DNA from: Squalus acanthias
Taxonomy: Eukaryota
Direction: 5' to 3'
DNA: 64,000 bases
Assembly: GCA_030390025.1 (NCBI GenBank)
Contig: CM059429.1
Coordinates: 54,746,001 to 54,810,000 of the forward strand
Position numbers and translations under genes: made by a program. A model generated the notes under the pieces. It did no database searches and was not told the origin of the DNA. It was given only the letters and a program-made list of their open reading frames with translations. Within the stretch, counting starts at the first letter, position 1; the number at the start of each line of letters is the position of its first letter. This document shows positions 1-9,890 of this stretch, in pieces.

Positions 1-3000
1 AGCGTTCCAGATGATGGCATTGTATCGTTCAACCTGTCCGTTACCGATTGGGTGATATGGTGTCGTCCTACTTGAGGCGATTCCCCGTTGGGAGAGATAA
101 CTTTTAAGTTCACTCGACATAAAGGAGGGACCCCGATCAGTGTGGATAAAATTGGCCGTCCCGCAAAGGGAAAAGACCTGATCGAGGCATTTAATTACCG
201 TAGAGGTAAGCATATTAGGGCAGGGGAAGGCGAAGGGAAAGCGTGAATACTCGTCCACCATCGTAAGTAGGTAGGTGTTCCTTGTCGACGAAGGCAATGG
301 CCCTTTAAAGTCTATGCTGAGCCTCTGCATAGGCTGCATTGCATGTATGAGTAAGCCATCTGATGGGCGAAAGAATTGTGGTTTCAATTCTGCACAAATC
401 CTACAGGAGGAGCATGTTTTCTTTACGTCCTCGGTTGAAAATGGTAGATTTTTGGAGCGCACAAAGTGCAACATGCGGGTCACACCAGGATGGCATAAGT
501 CCATATGCAAATCCGCCAGAGTCGACGTTGACATTGAGGAGCAAAATGCCCGTGTGAAGGTATCTGGGGCCACGTTCTGTTTGCCGGGTCGGTAACAGAT
601 AGTATATCCAAAGGCAGCCAGCTCCATCCTCCAGAGTTGAATTTTATTATTTTTGGTTTTCGTGCGCCTCCGGTTATCCAACATGAAGGCCACAGAGTGC
701 TGGTCAGTTATAAGCGTAAAATGACGCCGAGCAAGAAAATGACCCCATTGGCGTACAGCCTCGATGATGGCCGTAGCCTCCTTCTCGACGGGGGGGTAAT
801 GGAGCTCGCTACCCTGCAAGGTTCTGGATAGGAATGCCACGGGTTGGCCACCTTGATTCAAGGTAGCGGAGATCGCCACCTCCGATGCATCGCATTCGAC
901 CACAAAAGGAAGATTTTCGTCAATGGAGCGAAGCGTGGCTTTCTCCAGCTGTCGTTTGAGGAGGTTGAAGGCAGAAATAGCCGTAGCTTCCAATGGAAAA
1001 GACTTTGCATGGAGCAGGGGCTGTATTTTATCGGAGAAGTGTGGTATCCATTTTGCGTAATAAGCAAACATGCCAAGTGCCCGACGAAGAGAGCCGAGGT
1101 TCGTCGGGGGAGGGAGCTCCTGAAGTGGACGAAGTCGCTCTGGGTCCGGTTTAATAACACCGTTGCCCACCCAGTAGCCAAGAATGTTCACCGATGGCAC
1201 CGACTTCACCGATTTGGATTCGTTTAACGTTAAGTGGCAACGGCGGAGTACGTCAAAAAATCTCTGAAGATTGGCGTCATGCTCCTTTTGATCATGGCCG
1301 GCAATAGTGATATTGTCTAAATACGGAAAGGTATCCGTCAAGTTCTCTTGCCGGACTAGGCCATCCATGGCCCGTTGGAAGACGGCCACCCCATTGGTGA
1401 CCCCGAATGGAAGGCGGCGAAACTGGAAAAGCCGACCATTGGCCTCAAAGGCCGTATACTTCTTGTCGGAGTCTTGCAGTGGCACCTGATGGTACGCGCT
1501 TTTTAAATCGAAGGTCGAGAATACCTTGTATTTGGCAAGGTTGTTGACCATGTCATCTATGCGTGGCAGCGGGTAGGCATCCAGATCGGTATATAGATTA
1601 ATAGTCTGCGAATAATCGATACACAGACGTTTTTTATGTTGTTTTAAGGGATTCCTCACGATGACGACCTGAGCCCGCCAGGGAGATGAACATGGCTCGA
1701 TAATACCATCGACTAAAAGGCGAGAGATTTCCGCCTCAATAAACGCTCGATCATCTTGGCTAAAGTGCCGCGATTTGGTGGCTATGGGTTTACAGCGGGG
1801 GGGAAGATTGGCAAACAGGGAGGGTTCACCGAGTAAGGCCGCCGAGAGTGCACAAAACGGCACCTTAGAAATGGTAAGCTCCGGCCTTGACCCTCCAAAC
1901 TCAAAAGTGATCTTCTTGTGCTGCTTCTGGAAGTCCTGTCCCAGAAGCACATCGCTGCATAAGTTTGCGAGTACTCCGAGCCGGGTGGAGAGATACGTGC
2001 GGCCGTTGAGGATGAGGTTGACCAGACAGAAGCCAGAAGAATTGGTGGTCAGAGTCGTCAGAGCCATTGCAATCTCCCTGTCCGAGGGATAAATGTGCAG
2101 TTTTAACCTGTTGACAGCCCGCTTACTAATGAAGCTGTCAGAGCTGCAGGAGTCGATTAGCGCGCTTAGAGTGTGCCCATTTACTGAAACCTTCGTGGCT
2201 GCATGGGACAAACTTTGGGGAAAAACAGCCGTGATGGGAGGAGGGGCAATTTTCCCTTCGGCAACTGTAGCCTTAACAGTAGTTCTTGGGGGAGGAGCAG
2301 CTCCATAGATAGCAGCTGTGAAGCTAACAGGAGCTCCCGACCGGTATACTTTAGAGGAGCGGCCTTTCTTGTTAGCAAAGGCCCGTGACTGGCATACCTT
2401 GGAAAAGTGTCCTTTCTTGCTGCAATGATTGCAGGTCACATTACGAGCCGGGCAAAATTTTCTGTGATGGCACGCCCCTCCACAAAAGAAACACTTTCTT
2501 CCTGATTGCCAGGATGCTGCTAGGGCGGGGTCGTCATCAGCGAAGGCCTCTAGGGTAGGGTCGTCGTCTGTTAGAGTAGAGTCAACATCAGTGGGGGCAT
2601 CCGCCCGAGACCTACCGAAAGACTCATTAAAGGAGATAGCCGCCGCCCGTGCACGTGGTGGGAGATAAGTGTCTGCATTTTTCTTGGCCAAGTCCAAGGA
2701 ACACGCCTGGTCATAAGCAGCCCGTAAATTGAGGGTTTTATTTTCCAGCAGGCGCTGACGTATAAAAGGGGACGCGATTCCATTGATAAAGGAATCGCGG
2801 ATTAGTTCCTCTTGATACTGTTCAGCTGAAACTGCTTTAAGGTTACAATCCTTGCTGAGCCTGCGAAGTTTCTGGAGAAATTCATCGAGTGATTCCCCAG
2901 GCTGCTGCCGAGTTGTGGCCAGTAGGTGTCGAGCAAAGATTTCATTTGGGGACTTGACATATAGCTGCTGTAAGATTTCGATAGCAGTGTCATAGTCTAT

Positions 3001-3189
3001 ACAGTCCTCAATATAATCATACACATGAGGAGACACGTAGTTGATAAGCATTCGTAACTTATTAGGGACATCCGCCCCACATTCTTCAAGAAAGTTGCTA
3101 AAGGTACGAAACCAATGCTTCCATACCTTTGCTGCCGCAGGTGCATTCGGGTCCAGGTCGAGACGAGCGGGTCTAAGGAGTTTTTCCAT
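1..3189 (-). CDS. Gypsy gag-pol polyprotein, single ORF of at least 1063 codons, 3'-partial
   Basis: Manual translation: ATG at 3189 (in-frame TGA just upstream), MEKLLRPARLDLDPNAPAAAKVWKHW; Cys/His knuckles CFFCGGACHHRKFC and CNHCSKKGHFSKVC; protease LIDSCSSDSF; RT FPYLDNITI (~1323); RNaseH ECDASE; integrase HPG...CRIC and TPYHPIGNGQVERYN. Start, RT motif and window end are in the same frame. The ORF track lists no ORF in this frame, which fits there being no stop inside the window. Confidence 0.92.
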   Translation of the reverse strand, partial: MEKLLRPARLDLDPNAPAAAKVWKHWFRTFSNFLEECGADVPNKLRMLINYVSPHVYDYIEDCIDYDTAIEILQQLYVKSPNEIFARHLLATTRQQPGESLDEFLQKLRRLSKDCNLKAVSAEQYQEELIRDSFINGIASPFIRQRLLENKTLNLRAAYDQACSLDLAKKNADTYLPPRARAAAISFNESFGRSRADAPTDVDSTLTDDDPTLEAFADDDPALAASWQSGRKCFFCGGACHHRKFCPARNVTCNHCSKKGHFSKVCQSRAFANKKGRSSKVYRSGAPVSFTAAIYGAAPPPRTTVKATVAEGKIAPPPITAVFPQSLSHAATKVSVNGHTLSALIDSCSSDSFISKRAVNRLKLHIYPSDREIAMALTTLTTNSSGFCLVNLILNGRTYLSTRLGVLANLCSDVLLGQDFQKQHKKITFEFGGSRPELTISKVPFCALSAALLGEPSLFANLPPRCKPIATKSRHFSQDDRAFIEAEISRLLVDGIIEPCSSPWRAQVVIVRNPLKQHKKRLCIDYSQTINLYTDLDAYPLPRIDDMVNNLAKYKVFSTFDLKSAYHQVPLQDSDKKYTAFEANGRLFQFRRLPFGVTNGVAVFQRAMDGLVRQENLTDTFPYLDNITIAGHDQKEHDANLQRFFDVLRRCHLTLNESKSVKSVPSVNILGYWVGNGVIKPDPERLRPLQELPPPTNLGSLRRALGMFAYYAKWIPHFSDKIQPLLHAKSFPLEATAISAFNLLKRQLEKATLRSIDENLPFVVECDASEVAISATLNQGGQPVAFLSRTLQGSELHYPPVEKEATAIIEAVRQWGHFLARRHFTLITDQHSVAFMLDNRRRTKTKNNKIQLWRMELAAFGYTICYRPGKQNVAPDTFTRAFCSSMSTSTLADLHMDLCHPGVTRMLHFVRSKNLPFSTEDVKKTCSSCRICAELKPQFFRPSDGLLIHAMQPMQRLSIDFKGPLPSSTRNTYLLTMVDEYSRFPFAFPCPNMLTSTVIKCLDQVFSLCGTANFIHTDRGPSFMSSELKSYLSQRGIASSRTTPYHPIGNGQVERYNAIIWNA

Positions 3190-3289
3190 GATGGATCAGT
3201 TTCTTGCCGAAGTTCCCTTCTGTGGTTCGAGTTGCAGCTGGTTGTTCCGAATCACCCAAAGCGTGGAGACGATACCAAGTTGATTAAAT

Positions 3290-3504
3290 TGACGTAATAA
3301 AGACTCACTACGCACTTGAACATAAAGCAAGGCTTTAATCAACTTGTAACAAAACATGGCGGTCTAGTTAGCAGTCACTAGCTTCCTGTTTCCAGATTGT
3401 CTCTGCCCAAGGTGGGCCCATGCCTGAGTATTTATACTCCCTGGACGGCGCCCCAGCTGGCCGCCCAGTAGTACTTCCTGAGTTGTTACTTGTGATTTAT
3501 GACA
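3290..3504 (-). repeat. 5' LTR (~215 bp)
   Basis: TGTCATAA...TTACGTCA termini (TG..CA, imperfect inverted ends); TATAAATA at ~3436-3429; ATTAAA at 3339-3334; YY1-like CGCCATGTT motif. Confidence 0.8.
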
Positions 3505-4449
3505 GACACCCAGGTCCCTTTGCACAGCAACATTTCCCAATAATACTCTGCCTTTCTGTTTTTCCTACCGAAGTGGATAACTTCACATTTATCCACGTTA
3601 TACTGCATCTGCCATGTATTTGCCCACTCACTCAACTTGTCTAAATCGCCTTGAAGCCGCTTTGCATCCTCCGCATAACTCACAGTCCCACCTAGTTTCG
3701 TGTCATCAGCAAACTTGGAAATATTACATTTGGTTCCCTCATCCAAATCATTGATATATACTGTGAACAGCTGGGGCCCAAGCACTGATCCCTACGGTAC
3801 CCCACTAGTCACCGCCTGCCACCCTGAAAAAGCCCCATTTATTCCTACTCTCTGTTTCCTGTCTGTTAACTAATTTTCAATCCATGCCAGTATATTACCC
3901 CCAATCCCATGTGCTTTAATTTTGTGCACTAACCTCTTATGTGGAACTTTATCAAAGGCCTTCTGAAAATCCAAATACACCACATCCACTGGTTCTCCCT
4001 TATCTATTCTACCAGTTACATCCTCAAAAAACTCCAGTAGGTTTGTCAAACACAATTTCCCTTTCATAAATCCACGTTGACTTTCTCTAACCCCGTTGAT
4101 ATTTTCTCAGTGTCCTTTTATCACATCCTTTATAACAGACTCTAGCATTTTCCCGACGACTGATGTTAGGCTAACTGGTCTGTAGTTCCCTGTTTTCTCT
4201 CTCCCTCCTTTTTTAAATAGTGGGGTTACATTTGCCACCCTCCAATCTGCAGGAACTGTTCCATAATCTATAGAATTTTGGAAGATGGCAACCAATGCAT
4301 CCATTATTTCCATGGCTACCTCTTTTAGTACTCTGGGATGCAGATTATCAGGCCCTGGGGATTTATCAGCTTTCAGTCCCATTAATTTATCCAACACTTT
4401 TTTTACTAATACTAATTTCCTTTAATTCTTCCTTCTCACTAGACCCTTG
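3505..4449 (-). mobile_element. CR1 LINE ORF2 RT fragment (decayed)
   Basis: [39 protein letters not shown] motifs in broken ORFs. Confidence 0.95.
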
Positions 4450-4819
4450 GGGGTAAAAATTCACTTGGTTGCACCTCCCGTTAGCGCCTTAAGAGGGCGC
4501 TAATGGGGCGTTAAGCCGCTAACGCCCGGGCGCAGTGCTGTTTGCGCCGCTCGAGAACTTAACTTGAGATTGTGCGGCGGCGCTAAAACTTACCGCTGCG
4601 ACCACCTGCGCGCGCAGATTGTGACGTCATTCCATGGTGCAACGCCCTTGGGGCGCCCCGGAGCGGAAATTGAGTGGCGCCCCCTGCCTTACCACCTGGC
4701 GCTTCCAACGACCGGAAGACTGGAACGTTATCAATCGGTGTGGGGCTGGGGGGGGCGCTATTTAAAGGGGGCCTCTTCCTGTCTTTTTCTGTGGTCGACA
4801 TTTATGCACCACTCGTTCT

Positions 4820-4857
4820 GAGAGAGAGAGAGAGATTCGGAGAGAGAGAGAGAGAGA
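4820..4857. repeat. interrupted (GA)n microsatellite in transposase 5' leader
   Basis: direct reading. Confidence 0.9.
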
Positions 4858-4961
4858 CTTCTACATTGACTCAACGCTTTGTCAGGTAGTTTTGCCTAGT
4901 TCATCCTAACTTTGTTGCTACTTTAGTTGCTGTACCTCATTACTTTTCTGGCAAAGAGAAT

Positions 4962-6113
4962 ATGGGGGCTGCAATGATTGGGGGCGTCGTCCTGCTCCAG
5001 CTGAATCGGAGGATAGTGAGACGCAGACAGAGAGTGGCAATGATGGCCAGACGGAGGAGGGCCATCAGGCGCATGGACAGGAGAGCTTACCCTCCCAGGG
5101 TATATCGTGAACAGCTCTCCTACATCCATATGTCCGAGGAGCTGTGTTTGCGAAGGCTGCGATTCAGCAAGGAGGTGGTCACTGAGCTCTGCCACCTGCT
5201 GCAGCCAGATCTGCAGCCTCAGCTGAGGTCCAGGACGTCTCTGTCGGTGGCAGTGAAGGTCACAGTGGCTTTGAACTTCTACGCCACTGGCTCATTCCAA
5301 GCTGCTGTTGGGGACCTCGCCAATATCTCCCAGTTTGCGGTGCATCGCTGCATCCGGCAGGTCACCAATGCCCTCTTCAGAAGGAGACGAGACTTCATCT
5401 CTTTCCCTATGACCCCAGACAAGCAGCGTGACCGTGCTCTGGGCTTTGCGAGGGTAGCGGGCTTCCCCATGGTGCAGGGCGCCATTGACTGCACGCATGT
5501 GGCTTTGCGTGCTCCGCGAGAGAATGCAGAGGAATTCAGGAACAGAAAGGGGTTCCATTCCTTGAATGTGCAGTTGGTCTGTGACCACAGACAGGTGATA
5601 CTCGCTGTCAATGCCCACTATCCGGGCAGCTGCCACGATGCTTTCATCCTGCGTCAGACTACTGTGGCAGAAGTTTTCGAGGCACCGCATCAGCCAGTTG
5701 GTTGGCTTCTGGGGGACAAGGGGTACGCATTGAGCACCTGGCTGATGACACCGCTCCGTACGCCAAACACCCCTGCTGAGCTGCGGTACAATGAAAGCCA
5801 TCAAGCAACCAGGAACATTATTGAGCGCACAATCGGCGTGCTGAAACAACGGTTCCGCTGTCTGGACCATTCCGGAGGAGCCCTGCAGTACTCGCCTGAG
5901 CAAGTTTCGAACTTCGTAGTCGTGTGCTGCATGTTGCACAACATGGCAATCGTCAGGACCCAGCCAATGCCACCAGGCCTTGTAGCACCACCAGAGGAAG
6001 AGGAGGAAGAGGACGAGGACGATGATCATCAGCAGCACCAAGGCAGGAGGGCGGCCCACAATGGTCAAACTGCAAGGGCCGTCCGTCAACGACTAATAGC
6101 AAGCCGCTTCTAG
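4962..6113 (+). CDS. Harbinger DDE transposase (HARBI1-like, DDE_Tnp_4), 383 aa, intact
   Basis: GAIDCTHV, NRKGFHSLNVQLVCD, YPGSCHDAFIL, LLGDKGY, TRNIIERTIGVLKQRFRCL, CCMLHN; acidic C-terminal tract; AATAAA at ~6275. Confidence 0.95.
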   Translation: MGAAMIGGVVLLQLNRRIVRRRQRVAMMARRRRAIRRMDRRAYPPRVYREQLSYIHMSEELCLRRLRFSKEVVTELCHLLQPDLQPQLRSRTSLSVAVKVTVALNFYATGSFQAAVGDLANISQFAVHRCIRQVTNALFRRRRDFISFPMTPDKQRDRALGFARVAGFPMVQGAIDCTHVALRAPRENAEEFRNRKGFHSLNVQLVCDHRQVILAVNAHYPGSCHDAFILRQTTVAEVFEAPHQPVGWLLGDKGYALSTWLMTPLRTPNTPAELRYNESHQATRNIIERTIGVLKQRFRCLDHSGGALQYSPEQVSNFVVVCCMLHNMAIVRTQPMPPGLVAPPEEEEEEDEDDDHQQHQGRRAAHNGQTARAVRQRLIASRF

Positions 6114-6400
6114 GGCCCCTGCCATTGCTACAAACACTAATCAACCCAGCACGCAACCCCTAAGCCGGCCAAGGCACCAATAATTCCAACCACCAGCCAT
6201 GTATATTTTGAATACAGAAACTTATTTATTTTACAAACTCTGTGTGTGTCAATTCCTCATGACAAACTCATAGAAATAAACACAAAAAAACAGTCAATAA
6301 CATAACTGGTTCTCACAACCTGGAGATAATGTCCAAAACACTAAACAAAAGTTGGACCTCGACCTTTAATAAAAAAATGACCAGCATTTTGTCACACCTC

Positions 6401-8442
6401 CTACTTTTTGCCCTTCGAGGGTGATCTCCTTCCCTTGCGCACTTCCCCCCTTCTAACCCTACTGCTCCTCCGTAATGGGACCTCAGTGGCTGCAGCAAGG
6501 CTGGTGGAAGGCTGCTGCTCGTCAGACCCTGACACTGCAGATGCCCCTGAAGGACGGCCTCGACCACTTCTGGGCCTGGAGGGCCCGGCTGCAGACTGCA
6601 CCAACTCTGCATGGGCGGCAGCAGTCTGTCCTACAGGCGGTGGCAAGTGCAGTGGAGAAGTGACAGTGTTGGCAGCAGGAATGCTGTCATCGTGAGAGAG
6701 GACAGCAACTCCCTGCTCGCCCGACACACTGGCACTCCCACGGGGCAGCACTTCAGCATCCGGAGCAATCTGCCGGAGAACAGATTGCTGGCCTGCTGCG
6801 GCGCGGTGACAGCCCCGGGGACATGTGCACGAACCATCGAGGTTGGCAGCAGTCAGTGCTCGCGTGGCCTCCATCTGAGTCTGTATGAGAGCAGTCAGAG
6901 GTGGGATCACGGCAGCCAGTGACTGAATTGCAGCACTAAGCGTTAGTGTGGCATCCGCCTGTGCTACAGCGAAGTGCTCCACACTCCTTGCCAGTGACTC
7001 AATGCATTCGGGCACCCTTCCCACTGCACCCATGAGCTCAGTGTGCATGCCCACCGCCTGGGTGTTCATTTCTGCAATCAGCCGCTCCTCCTCTGCGTCC
7101 ATTGCAGTAGGAGTGTCTGGCATACTCTCCCTCTGGGGAGAAGGCCCCCGTTCTTCCCTACCCCCCCCCCCATGGCGTTGCTGCAGCCCGCTGGGTCCTG
7201 GAGCTTCACCATCATCAGCCCCTTCCCCCCTGCTCCCCTCCGGGGAAGGCGTGTTCCCAGTGTGAGCATGGGCTTCCTCGGGAGAGGGTGGCACTGATGC
7301 TCTGGCTTCCTCTTCCTCCTCAGCTGCAGCATCACTCCCAGTGGCAGCTTCAGGGCCCGTCTCCTCAGCTGGTGAATCACCATCTGAAAGCAGGGAGGTA
7401 CAAGAGTGGCTTTAGCGTGAGGACAGGGTGGCAGTAAGGGAGGAATAAGTGCAGCGATTTAGTAAGTTGGATTGAAAGTGTCAAAGGCTGGTATTGTGAG
7501 GGACAAGTGGAAGGACAGAGGACAAAAAGGTGATGACCTTACCATTGCTGTCCACAACGGGGTCGGCGTCTCCAGTGGCGACGGGACCGATCACCCGGCT
7601 TGCCACAATCCTGTGGACGCGCTCCTCCAGATCGCTGAGGGGTTGCAGCTGAAGCCGCCCTCCACCCGTCCGTTGCTGCTGTCTCCGATTATGAGCCAGC
7701 TTAGCCTGCAAGAAAAAGGACAGCATCTGAGTAAATATACAGCCATGGTCTTGCCTGATGTGCCTCCCATAGGTGAATAGCCCTTACAATATGCAGCCAT
7801 GGTCTTGCCTGATGTGCCTCCCATAGGTGAATAGCCCTTACAATATACAGCCATGGTCTTGCCTGATGTGCCTCCCATAGGTGAATAGCCCTTACAATAT
7901 ACAGCCATGGTCTTGCCTGATGTGCCTCCCATAGGTGAATAGCCCTTACAATATACAGCCATGGTCTTGCCTGATGTGCCTCCCATAGGTGAATAGCCCT
8001 TACAATATACAGCCATGGTCTTGCCTGATGTGCCTCCCATAGGTGAATAGCCCTTACTGTATGCAAAGTGTAGAATGTGTGTGTGTGTTTGATGAAAGGG
8101 CCATAGGTGTTGGATGAGTGTTGTGCATTGGGGTTTTAAGACCCTCTGGCCATAGAGTGAGGTTGAGATGGAGGGATGGAGAGGTATTGAGAAAAAGCCA
8201 CTCACCCTGACGACCCGAGTGAGGTCGTTGAACTTTTTGCGGCATTGAACATGGGTCCTGGGCACCATGCTCCTGGAGGAGACGCTCTGAGCCACCTCCC
8301 TCCACACTCTTCTGAACTCGCGTGGCAAAGGCCTCCTGCCACTCTCCGGGAACAGCATGCATCGTCTGCGCTCCACTGCGTCAACCAGAGCATCCAAGGC
8401 CCGCTCGGTGAAGCGATGAGCGCGTTCTCTCACCCTCTCCAT
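6401..8442 (-). CDS. Harbinger Myb/SANT-like (trihelix) DNA-binding protein, 3 exons: 8442-8206, 7705-7543, 7383-6401 (~460 aa)
   Basis: Exon 1 MERVRERAHRFTERALDALV...WREVA...QCRKKFNDL; donors AGG|GTGAGT and ATG|GTAAGG, acceptors TTGCAG and TTTCAG; phases 0 and 1 join in frame into ORF 6401-7294; basic NLS-like C-terminus. Confidence 0.88.
7735..8058. repeat. 54-bp minisatellite, ~6 near-identical copies, in intron 1 of the Myb gene
   Basis: unit ATATACAGCCATGGTCTTGCCTGATGTGCCTCCCATAGGTGAATAGCCCTTACA. Confidence 0.95.
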
Positions 8443-8799
8443 GCTTGGCAGCAAAATGGATTACAGGTCTCTCCAGGCTGAGATTCAAGGCTGCAATGAG
8501 CAGGGTGTGGCTGGGGAGCAAGTGGCCCCCCCCGCTTTAAGAAGTGTCCGGCGCCAGTGTGTCTGTGTTCCCTCGCTAACTGGCAGCAGCTGCGCTGCGC
8601 TCGTGCGCTGAGTTAGCGCCTCACTCCTTGGCCTTTGCGCCTTAAGACAGGTGTGCCGCGCCTGCTTTAGCGCTCCACTCACCTCCCGGGGCGGTAAAAG
8701 TGAAGTTTCCTGTCAGTGCCGATAATTAGCGCCAGGCGCTAATATTTGCGTCCAGACGATATTTGCGCCCCAAATGGGGCGCGACCTAATTTTTACCCC

Positions 8800-9890
8800 T
8801 TGGTTCCTTAGCATTTCTGGGAAGTTATTTGTGTCCTCGACCGTGAAGACAGCACCAAAGTATTTGTTTAATTGCTCTGCCATTTCCATGTTCCCCATTA
8901 TAAATTCTCCTGTTTTTGACTGTAAGGGACCTACATTTGTCTTCACTAATCTTTTTCATTTTATATACTTGTAGAAGCTTTTACAGTCCACTTTTATGTT
9001 CCTTGCAAGTTCACTCTCATACTCTATTTTTCCCCTCTCAATCAATCTCTGAGTCATTTTTTGCTGAATTCTAAACTGCTCCCAATCCTCAGGCTTGCTG
9101 CTTTTTCTGGCAACTTTATATGACCCCTCTTTGGATCTAATACTATCCTTAATTTCTTTTGTTAGCCACGGTTGGGCCGCTTTTCCTTTTGTGTTTTTGC
9201 ACCAGAAAGGAATGTATAACTGTTGCAATTCATGCATTCGTTCCTTAAATGTTAGCCATTGCCCATCCACCGTCATGCCTTTTAATGAAGCTCCCCAATC
9301 TATCATAGCCAACTCCCTCCTCATACCTTCGTAGTTTCCTTTGTTTAGATTTAGGACCTTAGTTTCGGATTGGACTACTTCACTTTCCATCTTAATGAAG
9401 AATTCTATCATGTTATGGTCACTCTTCCCTAAAGGACCCCGCACAACAAGATTATTAATTAACCCCTTCTCAATGCACAATACCCAATCTAGGATAGCCT
9501 GTTCCTTAGTTGGCTCCTCAACATATTGGTCTAAAAAACCATCTCGTACACACTCCATGAATTCATCCTCCACAGTACAGTATTATTGCTAATTTGGTTT
9601 GGCCAGTCTATATGTAGATTAAAGTCACCAAAGATTACTGCAGTACCCTTGTTACATGCATCTCTAGTTTCCTGTTTGATGCCGTCCCCTACATTACCAC
9701 TGCTGTTTGGAGGCCTATAGACAACTCCCACCAATGTTTTCTGCCCCTTGGTGCTTCTTAGCTCCACCCAGACTGATTCTACATCTTGATTTTCTGAGCC
9801 AATATCCTTTCTCACTATTGCTCTGATTTCATCCTTTACTCACCGCGCCACCCCACCTCCTTTTCCTTTTTGCCTGTCCTTCCTAAATAT
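8800..9890 (-). mobile_element. CR1 LINE ORF2 endonuclease/linker, continuation of 3505-4449
   Basis: VGVVYRPP, GDFN, LGKSDH (AP endonuclease motifs). Confidence 0.93.

Larger units (their letters stand above)
1..3504 (-). mobile_element. Ty3/Gypsy LTR retrotransposon, 5' part (continues beyond window start), inserted in a CR1 LINE
   Basis: 5' LTR followed by gag-PR-RT-RNaseH-IN in Gypsy order; CR1 RT sequence (...QRDLGV) abuts at 3505. Confidence 0.95.
4450..8799 (+). mobile_element. Full-length autonomous-type PIF/Harbinger DNA transposon (4350 bp)
   Basis: 12-bp TIRs GGGGTAAAAATT/AATTTTTACCCC; TTG duplicated at 4447-4449 and 8800-8802; removing it rejoins the CR1; two convergent genes. 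Confidence 0.95.

Noticed and set aside
3262-3277. tRNA-Met PBS (TGGTATC)
   Set aside because: Similarity stops after 7 nt and it is displaced about 12 nt from the inferred LTR end
275-3297. Short listed ORFs over the Gypsy region
   Set aside because: Antisense or off-frame shadows of gag-pol
5279-6089. Long antisense ORFs over the transposase
   Set aside because: Expected shadow of GC-rich coding sequence; no motifs
4962-6113. Domesticated host gene HARBI1
   Set aside because: Flanked by TIRs and a TSD and inserted inside a CR1, so it is a transposon copy
7735-8058. CRISPR-like or hammerhead array (CTGATGT-GCCT/AGGT-GAAT in each unit)
   Set aside because: No spacers; two invariant core adenines are replaced and stems I and III cannot form
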